DNA of 64,000 nt from Candidatus Latescibacterota bacterium. GTDB taxonomy: Bacteria > Krumholzibacteriota > Krumholzibacteriia > WVZY01 > JAKEHA01. A program made the position numbers and the translations under genes. This document shows positions 49,862-61,093 of this stretch, piece after piece (within the stretch, counting starts at the first letter, position 1; every line of letters starts with the position of its first letter). The stretch spans positions 352,001-416,000 of the forward strand of contig OY970173.1 of the NCBI GenBank assembly GCA_963707635.1. The letters run 5' to 3'. The notes under the pieces are model-generated. The model was given only the letters and a program-made list of their open reading frames with translations. It was not told the origin of the DNA and did not search any database.

Positions 49862-51940
49862 TCACGCCTTTCTTCCCAGGATCGACTCCGCCACCAGCGC
49901 CGCGATCGCCAGCACGAGGAACGCCGCGTAGACCTCCCGGCCCTCGCGGGCCTCGCGCAGATCCGATCGGAACGACTCGCCCGCGCGGACCACGCTCACT
50001 GCGTCCGGCCGTTTCTCCGGCACGCTCGACACGGTCAGGTCCGATTCGCGGGCGTCGACGTTGACCGCCATCTCCGCCACGCGGGTGGTGTCGCGATAGA
50101 GCCGGTAGAAGCCGACCCGCGCCGGGTGTTCCAGGCTCACCTCCAGCTCTCCCGACGCGTGCACGCCGATGGCGGGCTTCAGCGTCGCGCCGGCAGGATC
50201 GCGCACGGTGAGCTGGGTCTCATCGAGAACCTTCTGCGACAGATCGAAATCGATCGGCGTGCCCGCCAGGTGCTCCTCGGCACCCGGGCCCTCGCCCGGA
50301 CTCGCGAGGTAGGTGACCGAGGTGTGCACGAGCGGCAGGAACATGGGCGAAAGGGGAATGTCGCCGGTGACGAGATCCGGTGCGGCCGCAAACACCAGCA
50401 CGCGACCACGACCGCGCACGCACTCCCACACCGCGGGGTCGCCGCCGCCGATGTACGCCAGCACGGAATCGGGCGCCACCCCGCGCGCGGCGGTGTACGC
50501 GCGCACCCGGGCACGTGAGAGGAGCTCGAGCTCGTCACGTGTGAATAGGTTGAACACCGGGTGTTGTTTTTCGAAGGAGGTGAACGCAGTGCGCGTCTCT
50601 CCGCTCTTCTCGGCGCCGCCGCGCAGCCCGGTGAGCGCGCGAAAGCCGGTGTCTTCGATCACGTCGCGCGGGGCGTTCCCGAAAAACACCAGCAACCCAC
50701 CCCCGCGCCTCACGTGGCGCTCGATCAGAACCAGGCGCCGGGGTTCGATATGCTGGGGGTCGACCCACACCACCACCCCGCCGGGCGGGAGCGCGGACGC
50801 GGTAACGTCGCGCTCGTCGATCACTTTCACGGTGAACTCGCCGTCGACGGCCCCGCGCGGATTGAGCGCCTTCTCGACGTAGAACGTCGCGGGCACGCCT
50901 GCGTTAGCGGCGGTCGCCGCGCGCCGGCCGCTCACGAGTGTGACCGGGATGCTGTTCGAAACGTCGAGAAGAAAATAGCGGTCGTCGTCGATGCCGAGCC
51001 GGTCGCGGTTCTTCGACACGCGACCGTGATAGCGCCCCGGCGCGGCCAGCGAGAGCGGGAAAACCACGGTCTGCGACGCGCTCGGCGCGAGCTCCAGCAC
51101 CTGCTCCGCCTTGCGGTCTCCGTCCACGACCACCTCGAGCGGCACACTCGCCGGGGTGCGCCGCGAATGATTGGTCGCGGTGACGGATACCTTGACCACC
51201 TCTCCGGGGCGCAGGAGCTTGCGCGGCACGCCCACGCGGTCGAGGCTCACGTTGTCGGCCTCGTCCTGGTAGACCGGGATGAAATAGATGCGGACGTTCT
51301 CGGGGACCTTCGCTTCGTCCACGAGCGTCGAATCCTCGCTGAAACGGAAGTCCGATACGACGTAGATCTCGCCGCCCTTGACGTCGCTCTGTTCGATTGC
51401 TTCCAGCGCCCGGTCGATCGCCGCGCGCGGCGAGGTGGTTTCGTCGGAGAGCTCCACGCGGTCGATGGTGCTGTTGACGACGCCGTGGTTACGCGTCCCG
51501 CGATCCAGCAGCACCTCCGCCTGGCGCGCGAAACGGATCACGTTCACTTCGTCGCTCGCCCCCGCTTCTTCGACCACGGTCTTCGCAATCCGCTTGGCCG
51601 CGTCGAACGCCGTCCCGGTCTCGAGGTTGAGCCCCATGCTGTAGCTCGCGTCCAGGCATACGATCACGTTCTTCGGCATCGACCCCGAGAACAGGAACGC
51701 CGTGCGCAGGGTGGGCCGCGCGAACGCGATCACGAGCATCAGGACCGCGAGCGTGCGCAGAACCAGGATCAGTATGCGCCGCAGATTGATGCGGCGCATG
51801 CGCTGCCTGTTCACTTCTTCGAGGAATTCGAGCGAGCTGAACTGGACGCGGCGCACGCGCCGGCGGTTGAGCAGGTGGATGATCACCGGCACCGCGGCGG
51901 CGAGGAAGCCCACAAGAAACGCGGCGTTGAGGAACCCCAT
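49862..51940 (-). CDS. BatA N-terminal domain + vWA domain membrane protein
   Basis: PVIIHLLNRRR..F.SL.FL BatA motif, DASYSM MIDAS, VSDF, VNVDARESD, C-terminal TM. Confidence 0.88.
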   Translation of the reverse strand: MGFLNAAFLVGFLAAAVPVIIHLLNRRRVRRVQFSSLEFLEEVNRQRMRRINLRRILILVLRTLAVLMLVIAFARPTLRTAFLFSGSMPKNVIVCLDASYSMGLNLETGTAFDAAKRIAKTVVEEAGASDEVNVIRFARQAEVLLDRGTRNHGVVNSTIDRVELSDETTSPRAAIDRALEAIEQSDVKGGEIYVVSDFRFSEDSTLVDEAKVPENVRIYFIPVYQDEADNVSLDRVGVPRKLLRPGEVVKVSVTATNHSRRTPASVPLEVVVDGDRKAEQVLELAPSASQTVVFPLSLAAPGRYHGRVSKNRDRLGIDDDRYFLLDVSNSIPVTLVSGRRAATAANAGVPATFYVEKALNPRGAVDGEFTVKVIDERDVTASALPPGGVVVWVDPQHIEPRRLVLIERHVRRGGGLLVFFGNAPRDVIEDTGFRALTGLRGGAEKSGETRTAFTSFEKQHPVFNLFTRDELELLSRARVRAYTAARGVAPDSVLAYIGGGDPAVWECVRGRGRVLVFAAAPDLVTGDIPLSPMFLPLVHTSVTYLASPGEGPGAEEHLAGTPIDFDLSQKVLDETQLTVRDPAGATLKPAIGVHASGELEVSLEHPARVGFYRLYRDTTRVAEMAVNVDARESDLTVSSVPEKRPDAVSVVRAGESFRSDLREAREGREVYAAFLVLAIAALVAESILGRKA

Positions 51941-51943
51941 CGT

Positions 51944-52852
51944 CTACCCCATCCGCGCGCGCTTGCCGAGAAACGCCGTGAGTGCCACGTCGAACGGCGT
52001 GTCGGTGCGAAGCAGGTGGTAGTCGATCTGATGGTTCCGGCACCCGCGCTCGAGCTTGTCGATCCAGGCGCGAACGTCGCGCCGGAACTGTTCGCGCAAA
52101 AACGCCGGCTCCACCCGGAGCTTCTCGCCGGTCTCCAGGTCCTCGAACTCGACCTCCTCCTTGTAGTCGACGTCGAGTTCGCGCGGGTCGAGGACGTGGA
52201 AGACGATGACCTCGTGCTGGCGGTGGCGGAAGTGCTTGAGCCCCATCAGGACTTTCTCGGGGTCGTCCATCAGGTCGGAGATCAGCACCACCAGACCGCG
52301 CCGGCTCATGCGCTCCGCCATTTCGTGGAGCGCGGGGCTGATGGAGGTTTTGGCTCCCGGTGCGATGCCTTCCAGTGTCTGCAGGATCTGGAAGAGCTGC
52401 TTGCGGACCGACCGGTGCGGGATCAGCCGGCGCACGGTGTCGTCGAACACACACAGGCCGACCGCGTCCTGCTGGCGCACCAGCAGGTAGGTGAGGCTGG
52501 CCGCCAGCATGCCGGCGTACTCGAGCTTGGTGGTACCGCCGACGGGAAACCCCATCGAGCCGCTCTTGTCCACCAGGAGATTGGCGATCAGGTTGGTCTC
52601 TTCCTCGAAGACCTTGACGTAGGTGCGGTCGGTCTTGGCGTACACCTTCCAGTCGATGGTCTTGATGCTGTCCCCGGGCATGTAGGGCCGGTATTCGGCG
52701 AATTCGACCGAGAAGCCGTGATAGGGGCTCCGGTGCAACCCCGCGATATAACCCTCGACGATCAGCCGCGCCTTGAGCTCGAGGTTCTGAAGCTTGCCGA
52801 CGGTCGCGGGGTCGAGGTAGCGGGAGACTTGTCGCTTGTTGAGGTATGCCAT
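51944..52852 (-). CDS. DUF58 domain (vWA-like) protein
   Basis: GLHRSPYHGFSVEFAEYRPY.PGD, IDWKVYAKTD, DKSGSM. Confidence 0.93.
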   Translation of the reverse strand: MAYLNKRQVSRYLDPATVGKLQNLELKARLIVEGYIAGLHRSPYHGFSVEFAEYRPYMPGDSIKTIDWKVYAKTDRTYVKVFEEETNLIANLLVDKSGSMGFPVGGTTKLEYAGMLAASLTYLLVRQQDAVGLCVFDDTVRRLIPHRSVRKQLFQILQTLEGIAPGAKTSISPALHEMAERMSRRGLVVLISDLMDDPEKVLMGLKHFRHRQHEVIVFHVLDPRELDVDYKEEVEFEDLETGEKLRVEPAFLREQFRRDVRAWIDKLERGCRNHQIDYHLLRTDTPFDVALTAFLGKRARMG

Positions 52853-52928
52853 GGATTCCGGCGTTCGTCGCGTCGCGTGTGCGCGACGCTGAATTATACA
52901 CGGACGGCCGGAATCGGCGCCAGCACAC

Positions 52929-53594
52929 CTATGGCATTCGCACGCCCAGGAGGTCGCGATAGGCCTGGATGGTATCGCGCGTGTCCGCGCGCGGGTCGTC
53001 GCGGGTCTCGTGCGGCGGGGGCGAGGCGGCATCGGGGTCGAGGAAGCGGGGAATTCGCAGAATCTTCTCGCCGGGCACCCCGAGCTTCTTCAGATCGGTG
53101 AGCCGATCCCGGCTGATCGCGATGAAGCGATCCGCGCAGCGTCGCATGATCGGGCCGGAAATGAACCGCGGCATGTGCCGGAACATGGCGGTGTCGTGCG
53201 TCAGCACGCGCGCGCACCCGACCTTGCTCGCCTTCACCGCGATGGCGGCCGCCAGCGCGCAGGTGTCGTCATACGAATGGACCACGTCCGGCCGCTCTTC
53301 GCGCAGCAGGTGCGAGAGGTCGTGGGCGGCGTGGGTGAGCGCGTGGTGCGCGTTCTCGATCGGGCGGTACTTGACGCGCGCGTCGAGCTGGTCGCGAAGC
53401 GGCCCGTTGTCGGACGCGAACAGCACGGCGATCCCTTCGCCCGCGAGCGCGTTGGCCAGCGCCACCGCCTTCGCATCGGCACCGCCTGCGGACAGCGAAT
53501 CGTTGCAGATCAGGACCTTCACAGGAGTCCGGGGGCGCGACGCAGACGGTGCGCCCGGGTTGACGGTTCCGGGAGTGGGCGATTCTGTCTTCAC
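52929..53594 (-). CDS. Glycosyltransferase family 4 N-terminal domain-only protein
   Basis: GGAD...V.LA..L, RPDVVHS, VLTH, DRFIAIS, KI.RIP; no EGFG-x-E C-terminal domain. Confidence 0.65.
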   Translation of the reverse strand: MKTESPTPGTVNPGAPSASRPRTPVKVLICNDSLSAGGADAKAVALANALAGEGIAVLFASDNGPLRDQLDARVKYRPIENAHHALTHAAHDLSHLLREERPDVVHSYDDTCALAAAIAVKASKVGCARVLTHDTAMFRHMPRFISGPIMRRCADRFIAISRDRLTDLKKLGVPGEKILRIPRFLDPDAASPPPHETRDDPRADTRDTIQAYRDLLGVRMP

Positions 53595-54055
53595 AGTTTT
53601 CGAATCAGCCGGGCGGGATTGCCCGCGTAAACTCCCGGCGTCGTGATGTTTTTCGTCACCACGGCGCCGGCGCCAATCACCACGTTGTCGCAGATCGACA
53701 CCGGCAGAATGGTGGCGTTGGTGCCGATCGACACCTTACTCCCGAGTACGGTCTGCTTCCACAAATCGTTGCGTCCCCAGGCGGGCCCGCCCATCTGGAA
53801 CAAATCGTTGATGAACATGGCCCCGTGGGAAATGAAGCAGTCGTCGCCGATGGTCACCAGCTCGCAGATGAACGCGTGGGACTGGACGCGAACCCGCTTG
53901 CCCACGGTCACCTGCTTCTGGATCTCCACGAAGGGGCCGATGAACGACCCGTCCCCGATGGTGCAACCGTATAGATTGCAAGGCTCAACCACCGTGACCC
54001 CCTCACCGAAGGTCACATTGACGATACCGGCCTTGAGTCGCCTTGGTTCGGCCAT
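53591..54055 (-). CDS. Hexapeptide-repeat (left-handed beta-helix) acyltransferase
   Basis: IGPFVEIQK, VQSHAFICE, MFIND, IGTNATIL, GAGAVVTK, YAGNPAR. Confidence 0.9.
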   Translation of the reverse strand: MAEPRRLKAGIVNVTFGEGVTVVEPCNLYGCTIGDGSFIGPFVEIQKQVTVGKRVRVQSHAFICELVTIGDDCFISHGAMFINDLFQMGGPAWGRNDLWKQTVLGSKVSIGTNATILPVSICDNVVIGAGAVVTKNITTPGVYAGNPARLIRKL

Positions 54056-54129
54056 GGCGGGGAGTATACACGCTTTGGACCTCCCGCCTAAGCGGGTTAC
54101 CGGCCAGGCTGAAACGACGAAAAATGTGC

Positions 54130-54170
54130 TTGCACTCCAATAGGAGTGCTATTACACTCCTATTCGAGTC
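54130..54170 (+). promoter_or_regulatory. Promoter overlapped by tandem palindromic operator-like sites
   Basis: TTGCAC-N17-TACACT overlapped by CACTCC-aata-GGAGTG and CACTCC-tatt-CGAGTC. Confidence 0.55.
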
Positions 54171-54188
54171 CATTTGGAGCGAAGCCCA

Positions 54189-55583
54189 ATGCGCCGTCAG
54201 CCGCCCACCATCGTTGTCGCCGGAGTCGGGTTCTCCGGCGTGAGTGTGGCGGCCCATCTTGCGCGACTGCCCTGGACGAGCGGGGTCCGCATCGTTCTGC
54301 TGGAACGGAACGATGCGCCCGCCCGCGGGGTGGCCTACTCCACACCGAGCCGACTCCACCTCTTGAACGTCCCGGCGGGACGCATGGGCGCGTTCGCCGA
54401 CGACGAAGGTCACTTTCTGCGCTGGCTGCGTCTCTCCGAGCCGTCGCTTTCCGGCGACGCGTTCGCTCCCCGGCTCCGTTACGGCGAGTACCTCGCCTCG
54501 ATCCTCGACGGTCTCCAAACCGCCGCCCCGCCGGGTGTCCGCGTCGAGGTTCGCCACGCCGACGTTCGCGACCTCGAGCCCGTCGATCCGCGTCTCCGCG
54601 TGCACCTTGCCTCCGGCCCTCCGATCGACGCCGATCGCGCCGTGCTGGCGACCGGGACCCCGGCGCCGTCCCGTTCGAGCGTCGCCAACGCACTCCGCGA
54701 CGACCCACGCTACGTGCACGACCCGTGGGCCAACGGCGCGCTGGGACGCGTACGATCGCTGCAACCGATCCTGCTGGTGGGAACGGGTCTCACCATGGTG
54801 GACGTCGTGCTCGCCCTGCGCGAGTCCGGACACCGGGCCGGTTTTCTGGCGGTGTCTCGTCGCGGACTCCTGCCGCAACCGCACCGCGACTGGCCGCTCC
54901 CGCCGCCGGTGGTCCCGCCGCCCTCCGGACTCTCTACCTGGGACGGCTCGGCGTCGGCGCTCGTGGCGATGATCCACGACTCGGTGCGACACGCCGCACG
55001 CGGCGGCCTCGACTGGCGCGACGTGATCAACGGGCTGCGCCCGCTCACGCCGTCCCTCTGGCAGCGCATGCCGGCACGCGAGCGCGAGCGTTTCCTGCGG
55101 CACCTGCGGCCGTACTGGGACACCCATCGGCATCGCATGTCGACGCGGGTCGGGGCCGAAATCAACGCGATGATCTTTCGCGGCGAGCTGTCGGTGGTGG
55201 CGGGCCGGGTCGAATCGTGCCGGGCGGGCGCCGAGTCCGTCGAGTTCGGCATCCGCCGTCGTGGCCAGCCCATCACGACGCCCCATCGCGCCGGCGCCGT
55301 GATCAACTGCACCGGGCCCGAATCGGACTATTCGCGCGTCGACGAGCCGCTGTTTCAAGCGCTGCGCGGGCGAGGGCTCGCGACAGCCGACCCGCTGCGG
55401 CTGGGCATCCTGACCGACGAAGAAGGCGCGCTGATCGACACGCGTGGCGCCACCTCGCCGGTTCTCTTCACGCTGGGGAATCCTCGCAAGGCGGGTCTGT
55501 GGGAGTCGACCGCCGTCCCGGAGTTGCGCGCCCAGGCGGCGCGGCTGGCGGTACGGCTGCGCGAGTCGCTGGATTCGTCGTAG
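54189..55583 (+). CDS. FAD/NAD(P)-binding protein (NAD_binding_9-type)
   Basis: GVGFSG, RGVAYST...HLLNVPAGRM, GTGLTMVD, SRRGLLP, WDTHRHRM, VINCTGP, WESTAVPEL. Confidence 0.88.
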   Translation: MRRQPPTIVVAGVGFSGVSVAAHLARLPWTSGVRIVLLERNDAPARGVAYSTPSRLHLLNVPAGRMGAFADDEGHFLRWLRLSEPSLSGDAFAPRLRYGEYLASILDGLQTAAPPGVRVEVRHADVRDLEPVDPRLRVHLASGPPIDADRAVLATGTPAPSRSSVANALRDDPRYVHDPWANGALGRVRSLQPILLVGTGLTMVDVVLALRESGHRAGFLAVSRRGLLPQPHRDWPLPPPVVPPPSGLSTWDGSASALVAMIHDSVRHAARGGLDWRDVINGLRPLTPSLWQRMPARERERFLRHLRPYWDTHRHRMSTRVGAEINAMIFRGELSVVAGRVESCRAGAESVEFGIRRRGQPITTPHRAGAVINCTGPESDYSRVDEPLFQALRGRGLATADPLRLGILTDEEGALIDTRGATSPVLFTLGNPRKAGLWESTAVPELRAQAARLAVRLRESLDSS

Positions 55584-55596
55584 GGGAGTCCGGCCG

Positions 55597-57684
55597 TCAG
55601 CCTTCGCGGCGGACCGTCGGCTTCCAGGCGTTCATCGGAATCGTGACGATGAACCAGTACTCCGGCCGGGTCTGGATGCGGAGTTCGATGCGCTCCGCGC
55701 GGCTCGAAATGACGCGCGCGTCCACCGCCGGCACCGGGCCGCGCGCCGGCAGCAGCACCCACGCGAACGTCGCCGTCCCCGGAATCTCGGCGGAATAGAT
55801 CGCCGCCGCCGCCGGAACCTTCTCGTTGTAGTACCCGCTGTACCATCCCTGGATCTCCGGGGTCTCCACGCCCCGCTCGATCGCCGGCGTCCAGCGCACG
55901 CCGCCTACCGGTGCGATGCGGAGGTTCGCCTTGCCCTCGTCGTCGGTCACGATCGTCGACTGGTCGATGCGAACGTGACAATCGGGCGCGAAGTGCCAGA
56001 GCGCTTCGATCGTGCGCGGCCGATCGGTCTCGATGCGGTCCGCCACCACCCAGAACTCGTCGTGCACGTAGACCACCACGCGGGTGTGGACCGCCTGCCC
56101 GCGGACGTGGTCGAAGCCGGCGTCGAACACGCCGCGCGCGAAATCGTAGGCCGCACCGGTCGCGTAGTCGTTCTTCGACAGGGGAGCGGTCGCGCGCGCG
56201 CGATCGCCGTTCTGGCCGCGCCCGTCGATCAGGAGCACGTTGTGCGACGACGAACCGGTGAAGTAGTCCCGCCACTCGTTGCGCTTGTAGTTGAGCCGCC
56301 CCGCGTCGACCAGGAGCGACCGGCCAAACGCGTCGACCGACAGGTGCAGTTTATCGCGATGCTGGTGCGCGGTGCCGTACGGCCCCAGGTCGAAGAACGA
56401 CCAGTGCGCCTGCGCGTCCCAGCCGCTGCGCATGATCGCCTGTCCCGCCCACGGGAACACGACCGACGGGCCCACCGCGGGAGCCGTCCCCTGGGCGCCG
56501 TTGGTGGCGATGTAGGCCCACTCGGGGTGTCCGTGCGCGCGGGCCGCGCCGACGAGTTTCTCGCGCATGTCGCGCCGGTCCGAGTCGTTGTTCTCCGGCG
56601 ACGTGCCGTCGGGGCGGGTCGTGTACGCGAGGTAGCCCCACATCCCGCGCACGCCGGCGATCAGCGAGTCCGGCACCGGAATTCCGAATTCCTGGAACGT
56701 CTGCACGAAACGGTCGAAGTGCTCGGTGGCGATGCGGTGGTAGTGCACGGTCAATTCCGACATCGAACCGTCGGGGTACACCTGGTCCCGCATCTGCCGC
56801 CCCATCTTCTCGAGCGCGTACTTGCGCCAGCCCGGCGCGCCCGTGAACTCCGGCCACGCGGCGCCGATACTGCCCAGGCCGTCCAGCTCCGTCACCGCCC
56901 AGTTTCCCGCTTCGCGCCGATGGAAAAGCTGCAGGTAGCTCGCATGCTCGACCAGGCTCGACAGCATGAGAATGCGCGCGGCCGGCGAGAACGCGTTGCA
57001 GCTCTGCAAGCGGTAGAAGGCGTTCATCCAGCTCTGCGCCCGCGTGGCGACTTCGATGCCACGCCACGGGCCGGTGCGCGTGAGAGCGTGCGGCATGGGA
57101 TTCGACAGGATCCAGTCGCGCACGTCGGCGTCGACCCGCTCGACGTACGCGCGGCGGCCGGTCTTGAAGTAGCCGTGGATCAGCGTGCCGAAGTAGTAGA
57201 GATCGTTGAGCGACCAGCCCCACTCGGGGTCGTTCTGCGGGCCGTTGTAGAGCCAGTCGACGCCACCGTTCGCCCGCCGCGGGAGTTTCGCGGTGGCGTT
57301 GTAGAACGACAGCGTGTCGCCGAGGATGGGCTCCGCGTCCCGGTCGATCGCCCCGGTGTCAGCGACTGGGTCGCGCCGGATCCACGCGGCGGTGCGCGCG
57401 TTGCGGTAGTAGTCGATCAGGGCGGAGCAGGCGGTCGGGTAGTCGTTGCGCTCGACCGCGAGCTTGACGGTCTCCAGGCCGGGGCGGTCCAGACTCAAGC
57501 TGTCGAACAGCAATTGCACGCGCGCCGGCGCGTACTTGCACACCCATTCGACCGAGTGCGGGTCGGGGCCGACACGCTGGCCGCTGGTGGGCGACCCGAA
57601 CAGGAGCAGCGGGAGCCCCAGCAAGCCCACGGCCGCGAACATCGAAGCGATCGCGCGCGGGGTACGAATAGAATGGGAATGCAT
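55597..57684 (-). CDS. Secreted heparinase II/III-family polysaccharide lyase
   Basis: Signal peptide; GNW...E, QVYPDG...E...HYH, GP....[19 protein letters not shown]. Confidence 0.85.
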   Translation of the reverse strand: MHSHSIRTPRAIASMFAAVGLLGLPLLLFGSPTSGQRVGPDPHSVEWVCKYAPARVQLLFDSLSLDRPGLETVKLAVERNDYPTACSALIDYYRNARTAAWIRRDPVADTGAIDRDAEPILGDTLSFYNATAKLPRRANGGVDWLYNGPQNDPEWGWSLNDLYYFGTLIHGYFKTGRRAYVERVDADVRDWILSNPMPHALTRTGPWRGIEVATRAQSWMNAFYRLQSCNAFSPAARILMLSSLVEHASYLQLFHRREAGNWAVTELDGLGSIGAAWPEFTGAPGWRKYALEKMGRQMRDQVYPDGSMSELTVHYHRIATEHFDRFVQTFQEFGIPVPDSLIAGVRGMWGYLAYTTRPDGTSPENNDSDRRDMREKLVGAARAHGHPEWAYIATNGAQGTAPAVGPSVVFPWAGQAIMRSGWDAQAHWSFFDLGPYGTAHQHRDKLHLSVDAFGRSLLVDAGRLNYKRNEWRDYFTGSSSHNVLLIDGRGQNGDRARATAPLSKNDYATGAAYDFARGVFDAGFDHVRGQAVHTRVVVYVHDEFWVVADRIETDRPRTIEALWHFAPDCHVRIDQSTIVTDDEGKANLRIAPVGGVRWTPAIERGVETPEIQGWYSGYYNEKVPAAAAIYSAEIPGTATFAWVLLPARGPVPAVDARVISSRAERIELRIQTRPEYWFIVTIPMNAWKPTVRREG

Positions 57685-57700
57685 CTGCGTTGCGGAATCG

Positions 57701-57793
57701 GGCGCTGCGCGCGTCGTTCGACGCGATTTCACGAGGCGCGCTTTCAACCATCGCGCGCGAAGTGCATGAGCGGAGAACGATGCGCGCTGCGCC
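57701..57793 (+). repeat. Structured intergenic hairpin element, copy 4
   Basis: IR ggcgctgcgcgcgtcgttc/gaacgatgcgcgctgcgcc around cac-gag-gcgcgc-tttcaaccatc-gcgcgc-gaa-gtg. Confidence 0.88.
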
Positions 57794-57812
57794 AAATCGA
57801 CGATGGTGCCGA

Positions 57813-58805
<993 letters not shown>

Positions 58806-58902
58806 GAAAGAGATCCTTTCGGGTTCGCCGTGAATCTATCAAATCGAGCCGCTGGAGCGCACGCGTTTATACACCGGCGGCCGGCGTGCGCGTCGGGCCG
58901 GC

Positions 58903-58931
58903 TTGACGTGCCCATCCGATCGGCCTAGACT
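58903..58931 (+). promoter_or_regulatory. Putative sigma70 promoter
   Basis: TTGACG-N17-TAGACT, 52 nt before ATG 58984. Confidence 0.5.
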
Positions 58932-58983
58932 CCTTCCGAGCGAGTTTCGACGTTCCTCGACCTGCCCGGGTAGGGAAAAAGAC

Positions 58984-59715
58984 ATGCGCACAGGAATGCC
59001 CCCGCTCTGTGTGGCCGCGTTGCTATCCGTCGTCGTCGCCCCTTCGGCCGACGGCGCTAGACAACGCGTCGACCTTGGCCCGGCTGCTCCCGGTCAGACC
59101 GTCCGCATTCCGTTCAAGGCCCCGAGACGGGACCACAATACCACCGCAACGCGCGTCACCATCGGCGAGCGCGAGGCCGCCATTGCGCACTCGGAACCGG
59201 GGCGCGTGACCGTCTACGTGCCGAAGTTGTCGCCCGGCGAACTTTCGGTTCGCGTCTACGCGGGTAGACGCCGTGTCGCTGCGGATCAGATCGAGATCGT
59301 GGCGCCTTTCCGGCGCAGTTTCGTCTTCGCCCGGCGGGGCGAAGAGATAGAACTCCTTCGCGTAACCTCAACTTCCAGTGAGCCCACCCGCAACGTGCGC
59401 TCGATGGACGCCCGCCTGTCGTTCGACCTGGTGGACGACTCCGGGCACCTCCTCTACGCGACGTCCGTGCTGGACCCGTCGGAGGTGCCCGCGGAAACCT
59501 TCACTCCCGCGAGGGAGGGAGACACGGTGTCGGTGGGACGCGTCGGTGTGGAGCATCGAAGCGTATTTCCCGTGCAGCTGCCCGCCGTGCCGGGGGCGAC
59601 GGAGCTTCGGGTCTATCGCGCTCCCGCGGGCCTCGACATTTTCAGCCCCGAGGGGCGACGGCAGAGGATTCTGCTGCGTCGATTCCCGCTCGAGACCGGC
59701 GAGGGGGCACCCTGA
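58984..59715 (+). CDS. Secreted hypothetical protein with IPT/TIG-like beta domain
   Basis: Signal peptide; V.IG...A.I......VTVYVP....G...V.V pattern; stop overlaps next start (TGATG). Confidence 0.55.
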   Translation: MRTGMPPLCVAALLSVVVAPSADGARQRVDLGPAAPGQTVRIPFKAPRRDHNTTATRVTIGEREAAIAHSEPGRVTVYVPKLSPGELSVRVYAGRRRVAADQIEIVAPFRRSFVFARRGEEIELLRVTSTSSEPTRNVRSMDARLSFDLVDDSGHLLYATSVLDPSEVPAETFTPAREGDTVSVGRVGVEHRSVFPVQLPAVPGATELRVYRAPAGLDIFSPEGRRQRILLRRFPLETGEGAP

Positions 59716-61049
59716 TGTGGGAGCTCGCCCTGAGCTGTGTCCTCGCGCTGACGCCGAGCGTGGGCCTTGTCTCCACATGCAACGTCGACGGCTTCACCAT
59801 TGTGAAACACTACGGGGAGTGTTTTGAGATCCTGCAAAGCGACGGCTCGGCAGCCGCAATCGACGTCGTGATCATGGGCGACGGCTTCACGTCCGATGAA
59901 CAGGATGAGTTCGACGCCGCAGCCGATAACTGCGTCGACGAACTATTCGAGTTTCCCCCTTACAGCGACCGGAAGTGCGCATTCACGATCTGGAAAGTCA
60001 ACCTGGTCTCAAACGACAGCGGCATCGACTACTACGACAGCGCGGACAACCTGACCGATCGGGACACGCCGCTCGGCTGCTCGTTCGGAAAATCGGACGA
60101 GCCCGTAGCAAAAATCACGGGGGACTTCGACCTGTGCCGGCGGGCGGCGGATGCCGCCGAGATCCCGGCCGGCTGCTATATCTGTGTGATCGTGAACGAT
60201 GACATAGGCCACGACGGTGCCATGTCGTACCCGACGGAAGCGGTCACTTTCATGTCGAGCCTTTTTCCGTGGGGGGTCGTTATCGCGCACGAGCTGGGCC
60301 ACCAGCTCGCCGGGCTTGGGGACGAGTATCCGTGCCGGATCTGCGACCCTGCTGTGTTGTTGTACGACCCGACCAACTCGGACCTGAACCGAACCTACTC
60401 GGGCTCGCCACCCATCGTTGCACCGAATCTGTCGACCACATACGAACGCGCCCTGATTCCGTGGAGCGGCGAGATCGCCGCTGAAACCGCGCTGCCGACC
60501 GTCCCGCTGACCCCGGACAACAGCGAGGAGGTGGGAGCGTGGGAGGGAGGAGGCACCTATGCGTACGGTGTCTATCGCCCACAGAGGTATTGCGTGATGG
60601 ACGTCGTGATGTATCAGGACGAGGACCGGGATCACTTCTGCAAGATTTGCTCCGACGCGCTGGAGAGTGAGTTTACGTTTCGTTGCATCCTCCCGTTCTC
60701 GCGGTTGGACGCGGGGATCATCACCAACCTCGATCCAAGAGGGATACGCTTTCCCATTCCTCCCTGTTCGCTCTGTCCTGACTCGCTGCAGAACGATGTC
60801 AAACTCCAAATCTTTGCCGAACGCTTCGGTCCGTCGTTTGGCCCCGGCCTCGCGGTGTATGACGATTGGGGCAAGCGCGTGGCCGTCAGTTCGGATCCGC
60901 GCGACGGCCGCCTGGAAGTGTCGTTCCGGGCGAATCGGGCACGGTCGTATCGCGGGGCGCTGTTCTTCGACTCACCCGAAGCCCGCGACCTGGTGATCAG
61001 ATCGGAAATCTACGTGAACGGGGTGAAGGTGGAGATGCCCGATAGGTGA
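59715..61049 (+). CDS. Secreted M64-family (IgA peptidase-like) zinc metallopeptidase
   Basis: IDVVIMGDGFT, HELGH.LAGLGDEY, GAWEGG....GVYRP...CVM, FCKIC. Confidence 0.85.
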   Translation: MWELALSCVLALTPSVGLVSTCNVDGFTIVKHYGECFEILQSDGSAAAIDVVIMGDGFTSDEQDEFDAAADNCVDELFEFPPYSDRKCAFTIWKVNLVSNDSGIDYYDSADNLTDRDTPLGCSFGKSDEPVAKITGDFDLCRRAADAAEIPAGCYICVIVNDDIGHDGAMSYPTEAVTFMSSLFPWGVVIAHELGHQLAGLGDEYPCRICDPAVLLYDPTNSDLNRTYSGSPPIVAPNLSTTYERALIPWSGEIAAETALPTVPLTPDNSEEVGAWEGGGTYAYGVYRPQRYCVMDVVMYQDEDRDHFCKICSDALESEFTFRCILPFSRLDAGIITNLDPRGIRFPIPPCSLCPDSLQNDVKLQIFAERFGPSFGPGLAVYDDWGKRVAVSSDPRDGRLEVSFRANRARSYRGALFFDSPEARDLVIRSEIYVNGVKVEMPDR

Positions 61050-61079
61050 CAGGTCGGGGAACCGGCGTTCCCCGACCTG
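61050..61079. terminator. Hairpin between convergent genes
   Basis: Perfect 13-bp stem caggtcggggaac/gttccccgacctg with 4-nt loop; no clear U-tract. Confidence 0.45.
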
Positions 61080-61093
61080 CCGGCCGAATACGA

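Noticed and set aside
52854..52915. Nested hairpin upstream of DUF58 as a seventh element copy
   Set aside because: It has paired arms but lacks the TCAAC loop and GA internal loops; it contains a TATAAT on the minus strand, so it is more likely promoter/leader sequence.
54130..54152. CIRCE (HrcA) element
   Set aside because: The arms resemble GCACTC/GAGTGC but the spacer is 6 nt rather than 9, and the downstream gene is not a chaperone.
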